Notes: generated from the sequence alone by a model not told the origin. A stretch of DNA of 64,000 nucleotides from Patescibacteria group bacterium (GCA_018816805.1 JAHIVE010000015.1:31104-95103); one strand, 5' to 3'; numbered from the stretch's first letter, positions 1 to 10,780 are shown. A program made the numbers and translations.

Positions 1-1
1 A

Positions 2-1627
2 CTTGTTAGAGAACGACAAGGCGAAGTAACTCATTTGGGTGCTGGCTACCTTACTGATGACAGAGGAGACTTTGTTGTGGATGGATTTAATAATTCGAAT
101 TTGATTAATGTCTATAATGCAGACGGTGATTTAATTGCTCAATTTAATCCAACTACAAAGCAATTGATTGTTTTGGATGAAAGATATGAGGCTAGAGCAC
201 TTGTGAGAGGTGAATATTGGCCGGCAAGGCTTGTTGTTGTGGAAAAAGCCTTTGGTATTGTTGAAGCTTCGTTCATTTTTGTTGCGAATGATCAGAGGTT
301 TGTGACTGAGGTTGATACTCCTCTGGCTGACTTTGATTTGTCAAGTCAAGAAACTCCTACGGTATATGTTGCAAACGACAATGAAAGTTACAGCTTGAAA
401 GATGGTGATTTTGTGAGCACGGATGAGAATGGTGTTGTTGAGATGAAAATTTCAAGAGATGGAAATATTTCTTTCTTTGACGAAAGGTTTGAAATTGTGA
501 AACGGCCGGCAACTTCTTTGGATGAGTACCTTATTCTTGATATTTATGATGATGGGGTCAAGGATCTTGAGGTTTATCCCGGTTCAACCGAAACAACGAC
601 ACTTACCACTACAGAAGAGCTTGAATTACCTTCTTCCGAGCCTTTGACTCAGTATGAGGATATTACTGGTGACTTTAGGCAATACTTTGAAGATATTTCT
701 GAAGATGATCCTCTGTTTGAGGACATTTCCGAGCTTGTTGAAAGAGGTGTGATTGCAGGTTATGTAATTGATGGGGAGACATATTTCAAACCGGATCAGG
801 CAATTACAAGAGCTGAATTTACAAAGATTATTCTTGGGATTTTATGTATTACACCACGGGACAGTGCCGCTGTTTTGCCAGCCGTGTTCAATGACATTTT
901 GGACAAAAATTTGTGGTATTTTGCTTATACAAAGGAATCGTATTTGCGTGACTTTATTACCGGTTATTTGGCTGAGATTGATGTAAATGGAATGACACCG
1001 TTTAAACCAAATACTACTATTAATCGCGCAGAGGCGGTGAAGATTATGCTTGAGGCGCTTGATAAGGAAGGTATTATTGCATTGCCTGAGGATCTTTATG
1101 GAGTTCCTTGGTATGAGCCGTATATTGAGATTGCGCAGGATATGACGCCTTACATGATTACTGAGTCTGTGGGCGCTGAAAATTATATTATTACGCCAGA
1201 GGAGGCTCTAGATCCTTTGCATATTTTGACCAGGTATGAGTGGGTGGAAATGTCTGTTCGCGCACTTAATGCTTATAATTGTTTTGAGTTGGATTCTGAT
1301 GGAGATGGACTTTACAACTATGAAGAAGAAAGCATTTACGGTTCTGATCCTTATAATCCGGATACGGATGGTGGAGGTGTGAATGATGGAGCGGAGGTTG
1401 CCCGCGGAAGTGATCCTTTGGATCCAGATGATGACTTCCCGCCTGAAGTTGATTTGGGGCTCACAACGGGCATTTATGTTGTTCAGGAGCCATGTACAAC
1501 TTGTCCGTGTCTTGCCAGTATTGATTATGATGCCGACCTTAGGCCAGGGGACAGTGTGTTTGCTATAATTGAAAATGACGCAGGAGAAATATTTGGAATG
1601 AGTAATACATTAATAGTTCATGAATAA
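2..1627 (+). CDS. Large surface protein (5'-partial) with S-layer homology (SLH)-like repeats and Ca-binding DxDxDG repeats
   Basis: Frame is open from position 2. It has SLH-like motifs FKPDQAITRAEF and FKPNTTINRAEA, and DSDGDGL/DTDGGGVNDG repeats. Confidence 0.8.
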   Translation, partial: LVRERQGEVTHLGAGYLTDDRGDFVVDGFNNSNLINVYNADGDLIAQFNPTTKQLIVLDERYEARALVRGEYWPARLVVVEKAFGIVEASFIFVANDQRFVTEVDTPLADFDLSSQETPTVYVANDNESYSLKDGDFVSTDENGVVEMKISRDGNISFFDERFEIVKRPATSLDEYLILDIYDDGVKDLEVYPGSTETTTLTTTEELELPSSEPLTQYEDITGDFRQYFEDISEDDPLFEDISELVERGVIAGYVIDGETYFKPDQAITRAEFTKIILGILCITPRDSAAVLPAVFNDILDKNLWYFAYTKESYLRDFITGYLAEIDVNGMTPFKPNTTINRAEAVKIMLEALDKEGIIALPEDLYGVPWYEPYIEIAQDMTPYMITESVGAENYIITPEEALDPLHILTRYEWVEMSVRALNAYNCFELDSDGDGLYNYEEESIYGSDPYNPDTDGGGVNDGAEVARGSDPLDPDDDFPPEVDLGLTTGIYVVQEPCTTCPCLASIDYDADLRPGDSVFAIIENDAGEIFGMSNTLIVHE

Positions 1628-1630
1628 TCC

Positions 1631-2248
1631 ATGCATATGAAAAAAATTCTTCCATTTCTGACTGTCCTACTGTTTGTTCTAAGTTTTGGGGGCACCGTGC
1701 TGCTGAGCAATGCGCAGGAAGGCGAAGAGGCCGCGGCGCCGGAAAGTGGCAGCGGTTCAACTGAGTATGATGCTACGATGCAGGGAATGGATTATTATTG
1801 TGGTGAGAAAGTGAATGAGGTTGCAAAAGAACAAGTTAGTGCATATGCGGAATTTTTAACTGCATTTTTTCAGGAATATGATGAGAGCAGTGAGCAGGTT
1901 ACGGATGCAATGGAATATTTTAGATACGTTCAGGATGAAATTGATAAAGTGTATGAAGAAAATCGCGTGAAGCAGGGCGGCGGGACTACGTTGGAGACTG
2001 CGTTTTATGAATATAATTATTGTAAAAAGGTCCATGATGACTGGATGGACTTAGCGCAGGAGCTTTTACAGGCTCATTCGCTGCAGTCGTCAAACAGTAA
2101 GCGTACTTTTAGAATGATTGATGCAATGAAGTCCATGAATGAAAATATGGACGCCCTTTCAAATGATTTTAATAGAGTTTTTCCGGGGAGCTTTAAAAAA
2201 ATGGATTCTCAACTTCAATGCTTTGTTCCTGAATGCATAACAAAATGA
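1631..2248 (+). CDS. Secreted hypothetical protein with C-terminal cysteines
   Basis: Signal peptide MKKILPFLTVLLFVLS; ATGA overlap with the next gene; ends CFVPECITK. Confidence 0.75.
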   Translation: MHMKKILPFLTVLLFVLSFGGTVLLSNAQEGEEAAAPESGSGSTEYDATMQGMDYYCGEKVNEVAKEQVSAYAEFLTAFFQEYDESSEQVTDAMEYFRYVQDEIDKVYEENRVKQGGGTTLETAFYEYNYCKKVHDDWMDLAQELLQAHSLQSSNSKRTFRMIDAMKSMNENMDALSNDFNRVFPGSFKKMDSQLQCFVPECITK

Positions 2249-2871
2249 AAAAATTTAGGTTTATAATGATGCTTTTTGGCCTGGCGTTCCTGGGAGGGAT
2301 GCTTATGCCTCAGTTTGAGGGAGGGAATATCAAAACCAGTATTTTGGAATACGGTTTGCCGGGTTCCAAACTTGAGGATGATATTATTCGTTTTCATTTG
2401 CAGGTTAATGAAACTACCAATGATTATTTGGATAAATTGACTTCAACGGACGAACCAAATGTGGATTATCCAACTTCTGAGGAGGGTTGTAGTGAGGATA
2501 ATGTTTCTACCTTTTGCTTAGCTTCCGTTTTGAATGAGGAATTGACGGCTTTTGAGATTGGAATGCTGTTTCACAAAGATAATTTTAGAGATGCAACTGA
2601 TGATTTTGAGGCAATTACAATTGGTGATGCCATGAAACAACAAGAGCTGCGGGGGTCGTTGATTGATTCTGAGATTGAGGCGGCGCGAAAGGCTGTGAAT
2701 TTGACTTTGGCCGTTTATAATCAAGCGCAGCTCACCTACCCCGTGCATGAGGAGTTTATTAAAATGGTGAATAATCTTGAGGAATATAGGGATAATTTGG
2801 CGGATATTCGAACTGTGATTGAGCAGTATCCTTATAAATTCAATAACGCCACAACCACTCAGTGCAAATGA
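2245..2871 (+). CDS. Secreted or membrane-anchored hypothetical protein
   Basis: ATG at 2245 overlaps the upstream TGA; hydrophobic N-terminus; ends TTQCK. Confidence 0.75.
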   Translation: MKKFRFIMMLFGLAFLGGMLMPQFEGGNIKTSILEYGLPGSKLEDDIIRFHLQVNETTNDYLDKLTSTDEPNVDYPTSEEGCSEDNVSTFCLASVLNEELTAFEIGMLFHKDNFRDATDDFEAITIGDAMKQQELRGSLIDSEIEAARKAVNLTLAVYNQAQLTYPVHEEFIKMVNNLEEYRDNLADIRTVIEQYPYKFNNATTTQCK

Positions 2872-4484
2872 TTAGAAAAATATTATCAGTTGTCGGGGTT
2901 TTGGTTGGAATATTCGTTAGTGCGAATGTGGGCTTGGCTGCTTCAGGTTTGCTTACCACTGATTCGTCCACGGATATGATTACAAAACTTTTTGATAGAG
3001 CGAATATACGAGTTTTTGATGCGGATAAAGAGGAAATTGATAACCTTTCAATGGAAAGAAAGCCATTTGAGAATTTGTATCTATTTATGTATCAGAATGT
3101 GAAACTTTATCCACGAACAGCGGCAATTCAAGTTTTGGCGGGCAAAACTGTTTACAGTGAAGAAGAAATTGAAGACATTGTGGTTTATGGAGATTTTACG
3201 CCAATTCTTTTGTATTACCGGGAAATTGGTCTTGCTGAGGAGCAGGACTTGGTTGCTAGAGAATTTTATCTTTTACAAACCATGTATGATGATGAGTTTG
3301 CTTTCCAAATAGACAATTATTCGCTTTCTTATGAGACGGAGGCGCAGGAAATTTTTATGAATGGCGACACAACAGATTCCGCCAATATAGATCTTTTGTT
3401 TGATTTGGATATTATAAATTATCTTTTATTTGGAGAATTTTTAACTCCGGTGGACCGAAGTGGTGAAGAAGTTACAACCGCTTCTATTGATGATGTGATG
3501 CTGGCGTCCGAAGGAGATGAGGCACCAAGTGGGCCTAAAGTGGACAGTCCGGATCCGTTGATTTGCCAAGAAGATGGAGATCTCAGGGATGCACTGGATG
3601 CATATGAGGATTATTTGGCTACTTTACCTCCTGCTGAAGGTGGAACGGGCGGCGGAACTTCAGGCGGTAGCGGTGGCACAACAGCAGGCGGTAGTGAGAG
3701 AACCAGCACCGGGCCTGACACTACATCTGACAGGGTAATAGAGGAACGTCAGAATTTGGATGACTTTGTGCGTCAGATAAGTGGTACTCCCGGCGATTGG
3801 TCGCGCAAGGGGCCGCCTTGTAATGAAGTGTTCTGTGTGAAAGTTAATTTGGTGAGTGAGCCGGTTACGGCCGGTGGGACTGCTAAGGAAGTTGAGTATG
3901 AAGAAGAAGAAAATTGTATTGCGTGCCATGTTGCGTATATTGCGGCTAGAATGGAGGAAACGCTTGGAACCGGATTTGTACCTGGAAAAGTTTCCATGAA
4001 TGTTATGGAAGATGGGACTTGCAAGGAGGCCGGTAAAAAAGTTGATTTGGATTTGAATGTTTATTTGGTAAAAAAACCAATTATTTTGGATCCGGGTGAT
4101 GATATTGAAGAACAGCCTGCAAATAATGTTGAGGAGTTAATGGATACTTTGGTTGCCATTGGGACTATTGATTTTAAAGGCAAAAGCCGTGATGAAACGG
4201 ATTTTGAGAATTTGGCGTATTTTCATGGGGAACAGTCGCTGGAGGATATGTATGAGGATGCAGAAATAAGGCGTGAAACGCGAAAAGCTGAGGTTAAGAG
4301 TGCTTATGATGAGTTTGTGGAAAAAAGTAGAGGTGATTCTTCTTTAGTATTTTTTGAACAAATGGCTGCTGAACTTTTTTCACTTTCCACTTATTTATCC
4401 GGTTTCCAGGAGGCACTTCAAGCCACATATTTGGCTGATGATGCACCAATTACAGGTCTTGTTAACACAGAATATTGCAGATGA
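2868..4484 (+). CDS. Secreted hypothetical protein with Gly/Thr linker and several Cys
   Basis: ATGA overlap at 2868; signal peptide; ends TEYCR. Confidence 0.75.
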   Translation: MIRKILSVVGVLVGIFVSANVGLAASGLLTTDSSTDMITKLFDRANIRVFDADKEEIDNLSMERKPFENLYLFMYQNVKLYPRTAAIQVLAGKTVYSEEEIEDIVVYGDFTPILLYYREIGLAEEQDLVAREFYLLQTMYDDEFAFQIDNYSLSYETEAQEIFMNGDTTDSANIDLLFDLDIINYLLFGEFLTPVDRSGEEVTTASIDDVMLASEGDEAPSGPKVDSPDPLICQEDGDLRDALDAYEDYLATLPPAEGGTGGGTSGGSGGTTAGGSERTSTGPDTTSDRVIEERQNLDDFVRQISGTPGDWSRKGPPCNEVFCVKVNLVSEPVTAGGTAKEVEYEEEENCIACHVAYIAARMEETLGTGFVPGKVSMNVMEDGTCKEAGKKVDLDLNVYLVKKPIILDPGDDIEEQPANNVEELMDTLVAIGTIDFKGKSRDETDFENLAYFHGEQSLEDMYEDAEIRRETRKAEVKSAYDEFVEKSRGDSSLVFFEQMAAELFSLSTYLSGFQEALQATYLADDAPITGLVNTEYCR

Positions 4485-5512
4485 AAATTCGTTATTTTAT
4501 TTTTGGTTTAATGTTTGTGGCGGGTTTGGCCGCAGCACCTTTAGTAAGTGCGGCACCGTTGGTTCGAACTTGTCCGAATGATTATTATTCATTTATTAGG
4601 CATGTGAGGAGTGAATATACTCGGCATGAGTTTGCGGCTGATTTTTTCAAACGGAGTTATTGTCAGGTTTCTGATATTTTGGTTTTGAATGATGAACTGG
4701 AAGAGATTCGTGACAAATTCAGGACTGCTGCTTATGCGTGTGAGGACACTGCCAAATATAAATCGCTGTATCATCAAATTTTGATGGAGACGTTTTTTAT
4801 TCGTCATGTTCAAGAGATTTCTTCAGATTTGCTGGAAGACGAAGAGATGAAAGATGCGGTTAAACGCAAGGCTGCGACGCTTGAAAAACTTAAGGAAGAT
4901 ATGTACCAAATATTTGTGATTGATGAAAAGAGGGTTGATTCAAAGACTTTCAATGATTATTTTGAGGGTTGGGCTAATAAATATGATGATAAAATTGCCG
5001 ATTATGCAAAATGTGAGGATGGTCCGTGGGCTGAGGTGAATGAAGTCTTGCAGGACTTTAATGAAACTTGGAAGAGTCTTTCAATTAATGTTGAAAATGA
5101 GAAGCGTGAGGGGAAGATTGTCCAATTTGCCAAAACTGAGACTGAGGTGACAACCAAGGGTTGGTCTAAAGTTAAATCAACTCTGAAGAGTTTTGGGGAT
5201 AAATTTAAAAAACAAAAGGAGGAAGAAGTTGAGGATCCGCTAACTGTTGATAAAGCGGCAAAACAGTCCAGGATATTGAGTGATGCTTTTTCAACTCTTC
5301 AAAAGAGCGAAAATGTTTATGATATTGAATATGACAGTGCTATGAGAATGGCTGAGTATCAACTTATTTATGGTGAGGGTGGTGCAAGGCCCGCTCGAGA
5401 TTTGCAAACATTGATTGCGGATATTAATGCAACTCTGGAGGAAACTAATGTGACTGACTTCCCGAATATCTTGAGTGGAGTGAATGTTGTGCTAGATAGG
5501 CAATGTAAGTAG
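4481..5512 (+). CDS. Secreted hypothetical protein
   Basis: ATGA overlap at 4481; signal peptide ending LVSA; ends DRQCK. Confidence 0.75.
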   Translation: MKIRYFIFGLMFVAGLAAAPLVSAAPLVRTCPNDYYSFIRHVRSEYTRHEFAADFFKRSYCQVSDILVLNDELEEIRDKFRTAAYACEDTAKYKSLYHQILMETFFIRHVQEISSDLLEDEEMKDAVKRKAATLEKLKEDMYQIFVIDEKRVDSKTFNDYFEGWANKYDDKIADYAKCEDGPWAEVNEVLQDFNETWKSLSINVENEKREGKIVQFAKTETEVTTKGWSKVKSTLKSFGDKFKKQKEEEVEDPLTVDKAAKQSRILSDAFSTLQKSENVYDIEYDSAMRMAEYQLIYGEGGARPARDLQTLIADINATLEETNVTDFPNILSGVNVVLDRQCK

Positions 5513-5615
5513 CAAAGTAAGTTTTTTTGAAACCCGGAAGCGTATGAACATGGATCATGATCCATGTTCATCCTTTCAATTGGGTTTAAGGGTTTCAAAA
5601 AAACTTACTTTGCTA
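5510..5615. repeat. Nested inverted repeat: perfect 26-bp arms around a perfect 28-bp loopless palindrome
   Basis: tagcaaagtaagtttttttgaaaccc (5510-5535) is the reverse complement of 5590-5615; atgaacatggatcatgatccatgttcat (5544-5571) is self-complementary. Confidence 0.95.
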
Positions 5616-5637
5616 AACGTTGTTTATAAATAAATAT

Positions 5638-5817
5638 TTAGCGGGAGAGAAGGGAGAAGAATGTGTGCTGTTTTTCAAGTAGGGTTCTCTTTTTGACTTT
5701 CACGGATGCTTCAACTTCAATGCTTTCTCTTACGGTCATAAGGTCAACCATGCAATATGGGCATAGTTCACGCTTTAAGGAAATTAATTTACCGCAGGAA
5801 TAGCAATTGAAGAGCAT
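5638..5817 (-). CDS. Small zinc-ribbon protein (59 aa), absent from the ORF track
   Basis: Hand translation MLFNCYSCGKLISLKRELCPYCMVDL...; two CxxC pairs. Confidence 0.7.
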   Translation of the reverse strand: MLFNCYSCGKLISLKRELCPYCMVDLMTVRESIEVEASVKVKKRTLLEKQHTFFSLLSR

Positions 5818-5841
5818 GGATGTGGATGGAGTTACGGGGTT

Positions 5842-6015
5842 TTAGATGGTTTCCAGTTTTTCCAGGAAATCTGCGAGGTCTTCTTCACGAATTCTGTAAA
5901 TTCTACCTAACTTTATGCTTTTTAATTTTTTGTTTTTGATGAACTTCAGCACAGTCAGGTGATGAACTTGCAGACTGTCGGCGACCTGCTCCGGAGTTAA
6001 GAGCCGCTGAGTCAT
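5842..6015 (-). CDS. Excisionase-like helix-turn-helix DNA-binding protein (HTH_17 type, 57 aa), absent from the ORF track
   Basis: Hand translation MTQRLLTPEQVADSLQVHHLTVLKFIKNKKLKSIKLGRIYRIREEDLADFLEKLETI; matches the LT.E.VA..L.V...TV...I....L...K.G...RI...DL..FL pattern. Confidence 0.85.
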   Translation of the reverse strand: MTQRLLTPEQVADSLQVHHLTVLKFIKNKKLKSIKLGRIYRIREEDLADFLEKLETI

Positions 6016-6224
6016 TTCAATTCATTTAATTTTATTAACTTTTGTTATAATTTATAGGTTTATTTTTACGTTTGCAAATGTTTTTTTGATTATTGTTAGT
6101 TTGGGATTGTTTTGGCTTTGTTTGTATTGTTTAATTGTGTTTTGGAGTGTTTTATTATGTTTTATTATATTTTATTAAATATTAATATAGCAAAAAAACT
6201 AAGAAATTATATTTGCTCAATTAT

Positions 6225-9116
6225 TTACAGTCCTTGTTTTTGCAGCCATTTCCCCGTGTATGAGACTTTTCCCATTTTTGCAACTTCTTCAGGCGTGCCT
6301 TTTGCAATTACCATGCCACCTTCATGGCCGCCTTCTGGGCCCATATCAATTACATGGTCGGCGTTTTTGATTACGTCCAGGTTGTGTTCAATGACCATGA
6401 CTGTATTGCCAGCATCTACAAGCTCCTGAAGTACGCCGACAAGTTTTTTGACGTCGTCAAAGTGGAGGCCAGTTGTGGGTTCGTCAAGAACGTAGAGGGT
6501 TTTGCCGGTTGAGCGGCGAGCGAGCTCTGTTGAAAGTTTTATACGTTGGGCTTCACCGCCGGAAAGTGTGGTGGCGGATTGACCAATGTGTATGTAGTCC
6601 AGGCCTACTCGTTGAAGAGTTTCTAATTTTACTTTTATGCTTGGAATTGCGTCAAAAAATTCAAGCGCTTCGGCAACTGTCATATCCAAAACTTCCGCTA
6701 TGTTTTTGCCACGGTATGTAATTTCCAGTGCTTCACGGTTGTAGCGTTGACCTTTACATGATTCGCAAGGGACGTAGACGTCCGGGAGGAAATGCATTTC
6801 AATTTTTTTGAGACCGTCGCCTTGGCAGGCTTCACAACGTCCACCTTTAACGTTGAATGAGAAGCGGCCCGGCTTGTAACCACGGAGGCGTGCTTCCGGT
6901 GTTTGTGAAAAAAGGTCGCGGATGTCTGTGAATACGCCGGTGTAAGTGGCGGGGTTTGAGCGAGGGGTGCGACCGATTGGTGATTGATCAATATTGATTA
7001 GTTTGTCGAGATGTTCAATGCCGCGGATTTCACGGTGTGCGCCGGCGAGTCCCCTGCTGCGGTTAATTATTGCAGAAACTTTTTTTACAAGAATTTCGTT
7101 TATAAGTGTGGATTTTCCACTGCCGGAAACGCCGGTGATTGCAATGAATGTGCCGAGTGGAAATGAAACGTCAATATCCTTTAAGTTATGTTCTGATGCG
7201 CCGATTATTTCAATTGATTCCCCGTTACCTTTGCGCCTGGTTTTGGGAGTTTTAATTTCTTTCTTCCCTGACAGATATTGACCTGTAACGGAGTTTTTAT
7301 CTGCCATGATTTGTTTGGGAGTTCCGGCTGCTACCACTTCCCCGCCGTTTTTGCCTGCGCCTGGTCCAATGTCCAGAATGTAGTCTGCGGCAAGCATGGT
7401 GTCTACGTCATGTTCGACTACAATAACCGTGTTGCCGATATCACGGAGTGTTGTGAGCGTTTGAATTAGTTTTTCGTTGTCGTTTTGGTGGAGGCCAATT
7501 GAGGGTTCGTCAAGGACGTAAAGAACGCCTACCAAATGTGAACCGATTTGTGTTGCGAGCCGGATTCTTTGTGCTTCTCCACCGGAAAGTGTGTTGGCGG
7601 AGCGGTCCAATGTGAGGTAGGAAATGCCTACGTTGTCTAGAAAATTTAGGCGTGCGGTTACTTCTCTTAAAATTGGTTCGGCTATAATTTTTTGTGATGA
7701 GCTGAGTGAGAGGCCATCAAAAAATGCGCGTGCTTCATGAATGGAAAATTTTGTTACTTCTGCAATGGATTTATCTTCAATTGTGACGGATAGAATTTCC
7801 GGGCGTAGGCGGCGGCCTTCACATACCGGACATGGCAAAATGCGCATGAATTGTTCAATTTTTTTACGAACGTAGTCCGAGTCAGTTTCCAAGTAGCGAC
7901 GCTCAAGGTTTGGAATGACACCTTCAAATTTGGTCATAAATTCGCCTTTTGCGTGGCCTGATGCTGAGTCCATTTTTACGGCATAGCGGGCTTCGCCGGT
8001 GCCGTAAAGAACCATTTCAACTTGCTGCTCCGTGAGATTTTCAATGGGGTCGTTCATTGAGAAGCCTTGTTTGCGTGCGACGGCTTCTAAAATGCGGTTG
8101 TACCAAGTTAGGTGTGATGTTGTTGCTGACCACGGAAGAATTGCTCCTTCAGCAAGGCTTAATTTTGTGTTTGGCATCACTAGGTTGCGGTCAATTTCAA
8201 GTTTAGTTCCAAGACCGTGGCAGGTTTCACAAGCGCCGTGTGGGCTGTTGAATGAAAAATTGCGAGGTTCAATTTCACCAAAACTTATTTCCGGATGTGT
8301 TTCACATGAAAAATGTTCAGAGAATTTTTGGACCGTGTTCTGCTCAACGTCTAAAACCATCATGGTGCCTTCCCCGTGGTTTAAGGCGGTTTCAACTGAG
8401 TCAGCCATTCGAGTGCGGTCCGGGTTTGGGATTTCAATTTCTTGACCGGAATTTAATTTTTTATAAGTTTTTTGTAGATTTTTTGTGACTAGGCGATCCA
8501 CAACTATTTCAATATTGTGCTCTTTATTTTTGTCTAAGCGCGGAAGTTCCAGGATGGAATATATTTCTCCATCAATACGTACGCGGACAAAACCGTCTTT
8601 TTTGATTTGTTCGAGTACACGTTCGTGTTCGCCTTTGCGGCCGCGGACGACTGGAGAAAGTAACATTATTTTTCTCCCCTCCTCCATAGCAGCAATGTGG
8701 TCTATGATTTGGGTTGGTGTTTGACGGACTACCTGCTCATGACATTTTGGACAGTGAGGAATGCCGATTCGAGCAAAAAGAAGGCGTAAGTAGTCGTAAA
8801 TTTCCGTTATGGTGCCCACAGTTGAACGCGGATTTCTTGGCGCGGTTTTTTGGTCGATTGAGATGGCCGGCGAAAGGCCATCAATGGATTCCACGTCCGG
8901 TTTTTCCATCAGTTGGAGGAATTGACGCGCGTAGGCTGAAAGTGATTCAACATAGCGGCGTTGGCCTTCCGCATAGATTGTGTCAAACGCAAGTGAAGAT
9001 TTTCCGGAGCCGGAAAGACCGGTGATGACCGTAAGTCGGTTGCGTGGAATTTCAACATCAATATTTTTGAGGTTGTGCATTCGTGCGCCTTTGACGGTGA
9101 TGGAAGTTAAAGACAT
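6225..9116 (-). CDS. uvrA: Excinuclease ABC subunit A
   Basis: Two Walker A motifs ([16 protein letters not shown]), LSGGEAQRI signatures, zinc fingers. Confidence 0.99.
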   Translation of the reverse strand: MSLTSITVKGARMHNLKNIDVEIPRNRLTVITGLSGSGKSSLAFDTIYAEGQRRYVESLSAYARQFLQLMEKPDVESIDGLSPAISIDQKTAPRNPRSTVGTITEIYDYLRLLFARIGIPHCPKCHEQVVRQTPTQIIDHIAAMEEGRKIMLLSPVVRGRKGEHERVLEQIKKDGFVRVRIDGEIYSILELPRLDKNKEHNIEIVVDRLVTKNLQKTYKKLNSGQEIEIPNPDRTRMADSVETALNHGEGTMMVLDVEQNTVQKFSEHFSCETHPEISFGEIEPRNFSFNSPHGACETCHGLGTKLEIDRNLVMPNTKLSLAEGAILPWSATTSHLTWYNRILEAVARKQGFSMNDPIENLTEQQVEMVLYGTGEARYAVKMDSASGHAKGEFMTKFEGVIPNLERRYLETDSDYVRKKIEQFMRILPCPVCEGRRLRPEILSVTIEDKSIAEVTKFSIHEARAFFDGLSLSSSQKIIAEPILREVTARLNFLDNVGISYLTLDRSANTLSGGEAQRIRLATQIGSHLVGVLYVLDEPSIGLHQNDNEKLIQTLTTLRDIGNTVIVVEHDVDTMLAADYILDIGPGAGKNGGEVVAAGTPKQIMADKNSVTGQYLSGKKEIKTPKTRRKGNGESIEIIGASEHNLKDIDVSFPLGTFIAITGVSGSGKSTLINEILVKKVSAIINRSRGLAGAHREIRGIEHLDKLINIDQSPIGRTPRSNPATYTGVFTDIRDLFSQTPEARLRGYKPGRFSFNVKGGRCEACQGDGLKKIEMHFLPDVYVPCESCKGQRYNREALEITYRGKNIAEVLDMTVAEALEFFDAIPSIKVKLETLQRVGLDYIHIGQSATTLSGGEAQRIKLSTELARRSTGKTLYVLDEPTTGLHFDDVKKLVGVLQELVDAGNTVMVIEHNLDVIKNADHVIDMGPEGGHEGGMVIAKGTPEEVAKMGKVSYTGKWLQKQGL

Positions 9117-9154
9117 ATTACAAAAAAGCTAAATCTTTGATTCGCGACCGAGGC

Positions 9155-9183
9155 AGTTTAGCAGAAAAAAACGGGTTTGGCAA
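9155..9183 (-). promoter_or_regulatory. Sigma70-type promoter for uvrA
   Basis: TTGCCA-17 bp-TAAACT with extended TG on the minus strand. Confidence 0.55.
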
Positions 9184-9188
9184 ATGGT

Positions 9189-10079
9189 TTAATCTTGGAT
9201 GCGGCCGATTTTCTCCCAAATTATATGATGAACGTGAGCTGGGGAATCTTCGCCAACTAGGAAGCCATACATTTTAAGGTTTTCCTTTTTGTGGAAGAGG
9301 TAGTTTAGGAATGTGTAGCCGATTACCAGGAATGGAAGCATGAATGAGGTCACGTTCATTTCCAAGAAAATGTTGAAGATTGCGTGGAGGAGCACTGCTA
9401 TGAGAAGGCCTTCGGTTAGTTTTTCAGTGGCGAAGACGCGGTTTTTCTTGAAGTGGGTGCGGTGGAGAAGATTTACGAGTGGGTGGCGTTTTTCTCGGAC
9501 TTTCTCTGCGTAGATTGGGTCGGCAAAGTAGGCGATTCCGTAGAAATATCCATAAATTCCAGAGAACAGAACGTGTGCAAAGGTCGAAAAAAGTGACCTG
9601 AACACAAATGAGATTAGAACCGTATCCGTTCCCTGGAATTCCCATATGTAATAAAAATAAAGTACGTTTTCAATGAAGGCGAACCCGAGAGCGGCCAGGA
9701 TTGAAAATTCAATTGCGTCGTCTATGTTGCGGAAAAAGCCGCGGTCTGTTTGGACGACTACTCGATGTTTTAGGTATTCTTCAATAACTCCCACCAGCAT
9801 GAAGGCTAGAATTGTGCCAACAGGCAGAAACAGAAGTGGGCTGAAGCCGAGTACGTCGGCTTGCATGGTCTCTGTGTAGTTGAAGAAATTGATTTGCGGG
9901 AAATATTGCCAACTCCATTTGTATGCGAGCATGGGTAGAACGGCGAGCATTCCAATTATAAATGTGGCGATTGCTTTTGGTTTGTAGACCGGGTCTTTTT
10001 TGTAAAAGATATAGCCCCACATTAGCGCGGGAATGCTCGCCAGTAATATTGATAATGCTGCTTGCGTGATTTGTGGCAT
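9189..10079 (-). CDS. PrsW-family intramembrane glutamic protease
   Basis: Multi-TM protein with EEYLK, GFAFIEN, FAH and LLHAIFN motifs. Confidence 0.9.
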   Translation of the reverse strand: MPQITQAALSILLASIPALMWGYIFYKKDPVYKPKAIATFIIGMLAVLPMLAYKWSWQYFPQINFFNYTETMQADVLGFSPLLFLPVGTILAFMLVGVIEEYLKHRVVVQTDRGFFRNIDDAIEFSILAALGFAFIENVLYFYYIWEFQGTDTVLISFVFRSLFSTFAHVLFSGIYGYFYGIAYFADPIYAEKVREKRHPLVNLLHRTHFKKNRVFATEKLTEGLLIAVLLHAIFNIFLEMNVTSFMLPFLVIGYTFLNYLFHKKENLKMYGFLVGEDSPAHVHHIIWEKIGRIQD

Positions 10080-10102
10080 TTTTTTATGGTTCTAATCTGT
10101 TA

Positions 10103-10131
10103 ATTATACCATAAAATGTGTGTGTGTGCAA
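10103..10131 (-). promoter_or_regulatory. Sigma70-type promoter for the PrsW gene
   Basis: TTGCAC-17 bp-TATAAT on the minus strand. Confidence 0.65.
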
Positions 10132-10165
10132 GGAGCTTGGGTGTTTTTGTGCGGGAAAGTCGCTA

Positions 10166-10723
10166 TTATTCAGTATCTATAACTATACCGGCCCCGATCC
10201 TGACGGCAGCAGTTTTGGAAGATACAACTGCTTCTTCTCTCGGATTCGGGTCGAGTCGTTTTGCCAGTTGCAAATGCATTTCATCCGTGATTGAATCCAA
10301 GACTATTTGTAAAAATTGGAGGGCGGCTGCTTCTGTTACAACTTCTTGCATTGATTCATCGTCGGCGTTGTAAAATTCACCCAAGACGGAGAATGCTACA
10401 TGCGTGTCAATTCTGCCTTGAAGATTTGAGAGATGCCAAAGAATGTTATGAAAATGATGATCGCTTTCAATTTCTCTTACGTTTGTTGTTTCAGTTGCTG
10501 CTCCTATTGAAAATTCGGATGCTAAAAAATTAAGTAGAATATTTTTAGCTTCTTCATCAGTACCACAGATTTTGAATAATTTATTCAATCTTTTTGACAC
10601 AATATTGTCAAATTCCGCTCTGTTAACGTTTAATTCTTGAAAAGGTTCTCCCAGAAATTGTCTGGCTGTGTCAGCTGAAACGTTTAAGCCTGTGGTTTCC
10701 TGATATGTTTTGATTTCCGCCAT
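10166..10723 (-). CDS. Hypothetical protein
   Basis: Open frame filling the gap between recF and the PrsW gene; likely start MAEIKTY. Confidence 0.6.
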   Translation of the reverse strand: MAEIKTYQETTGLNVSADTARQFLGEPFQELNVNRAEFDNIVSKRLNKLFKICGTDEEAKNILLNFLASEFSIGAATETTNVREIESDHHFHNILWHLSNLQGRIDTHVAFSVLGEFYNADDESMQEVVTEAAALQFLQIVLDSITDEMHLQLAKRLDPNPREEAVVSSKTAAVRIGAGIVIDTE

Positions 10724-10780
10724 TTTGTATAATAAAAAATAAGGATTCATTTTAGCAAATTTGTGGGGGTTGGGTCAATT

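Noticed and set aside
3915..3929. CxxCH (CIACH) motif in a secreted protein, suggesting a c-type cytochrome
   Set aside because: Single motif in a Cys-rich protein with no cytochrome c maturation genes in the window; a disulfide role is more likely.
6016..6224. AT-rich region as a replication origin
   Set aside because: No DnaA boxes were seen there and dnaA/dnaN are not nearby; the 105-aa ORF starting in it also looks spurious.
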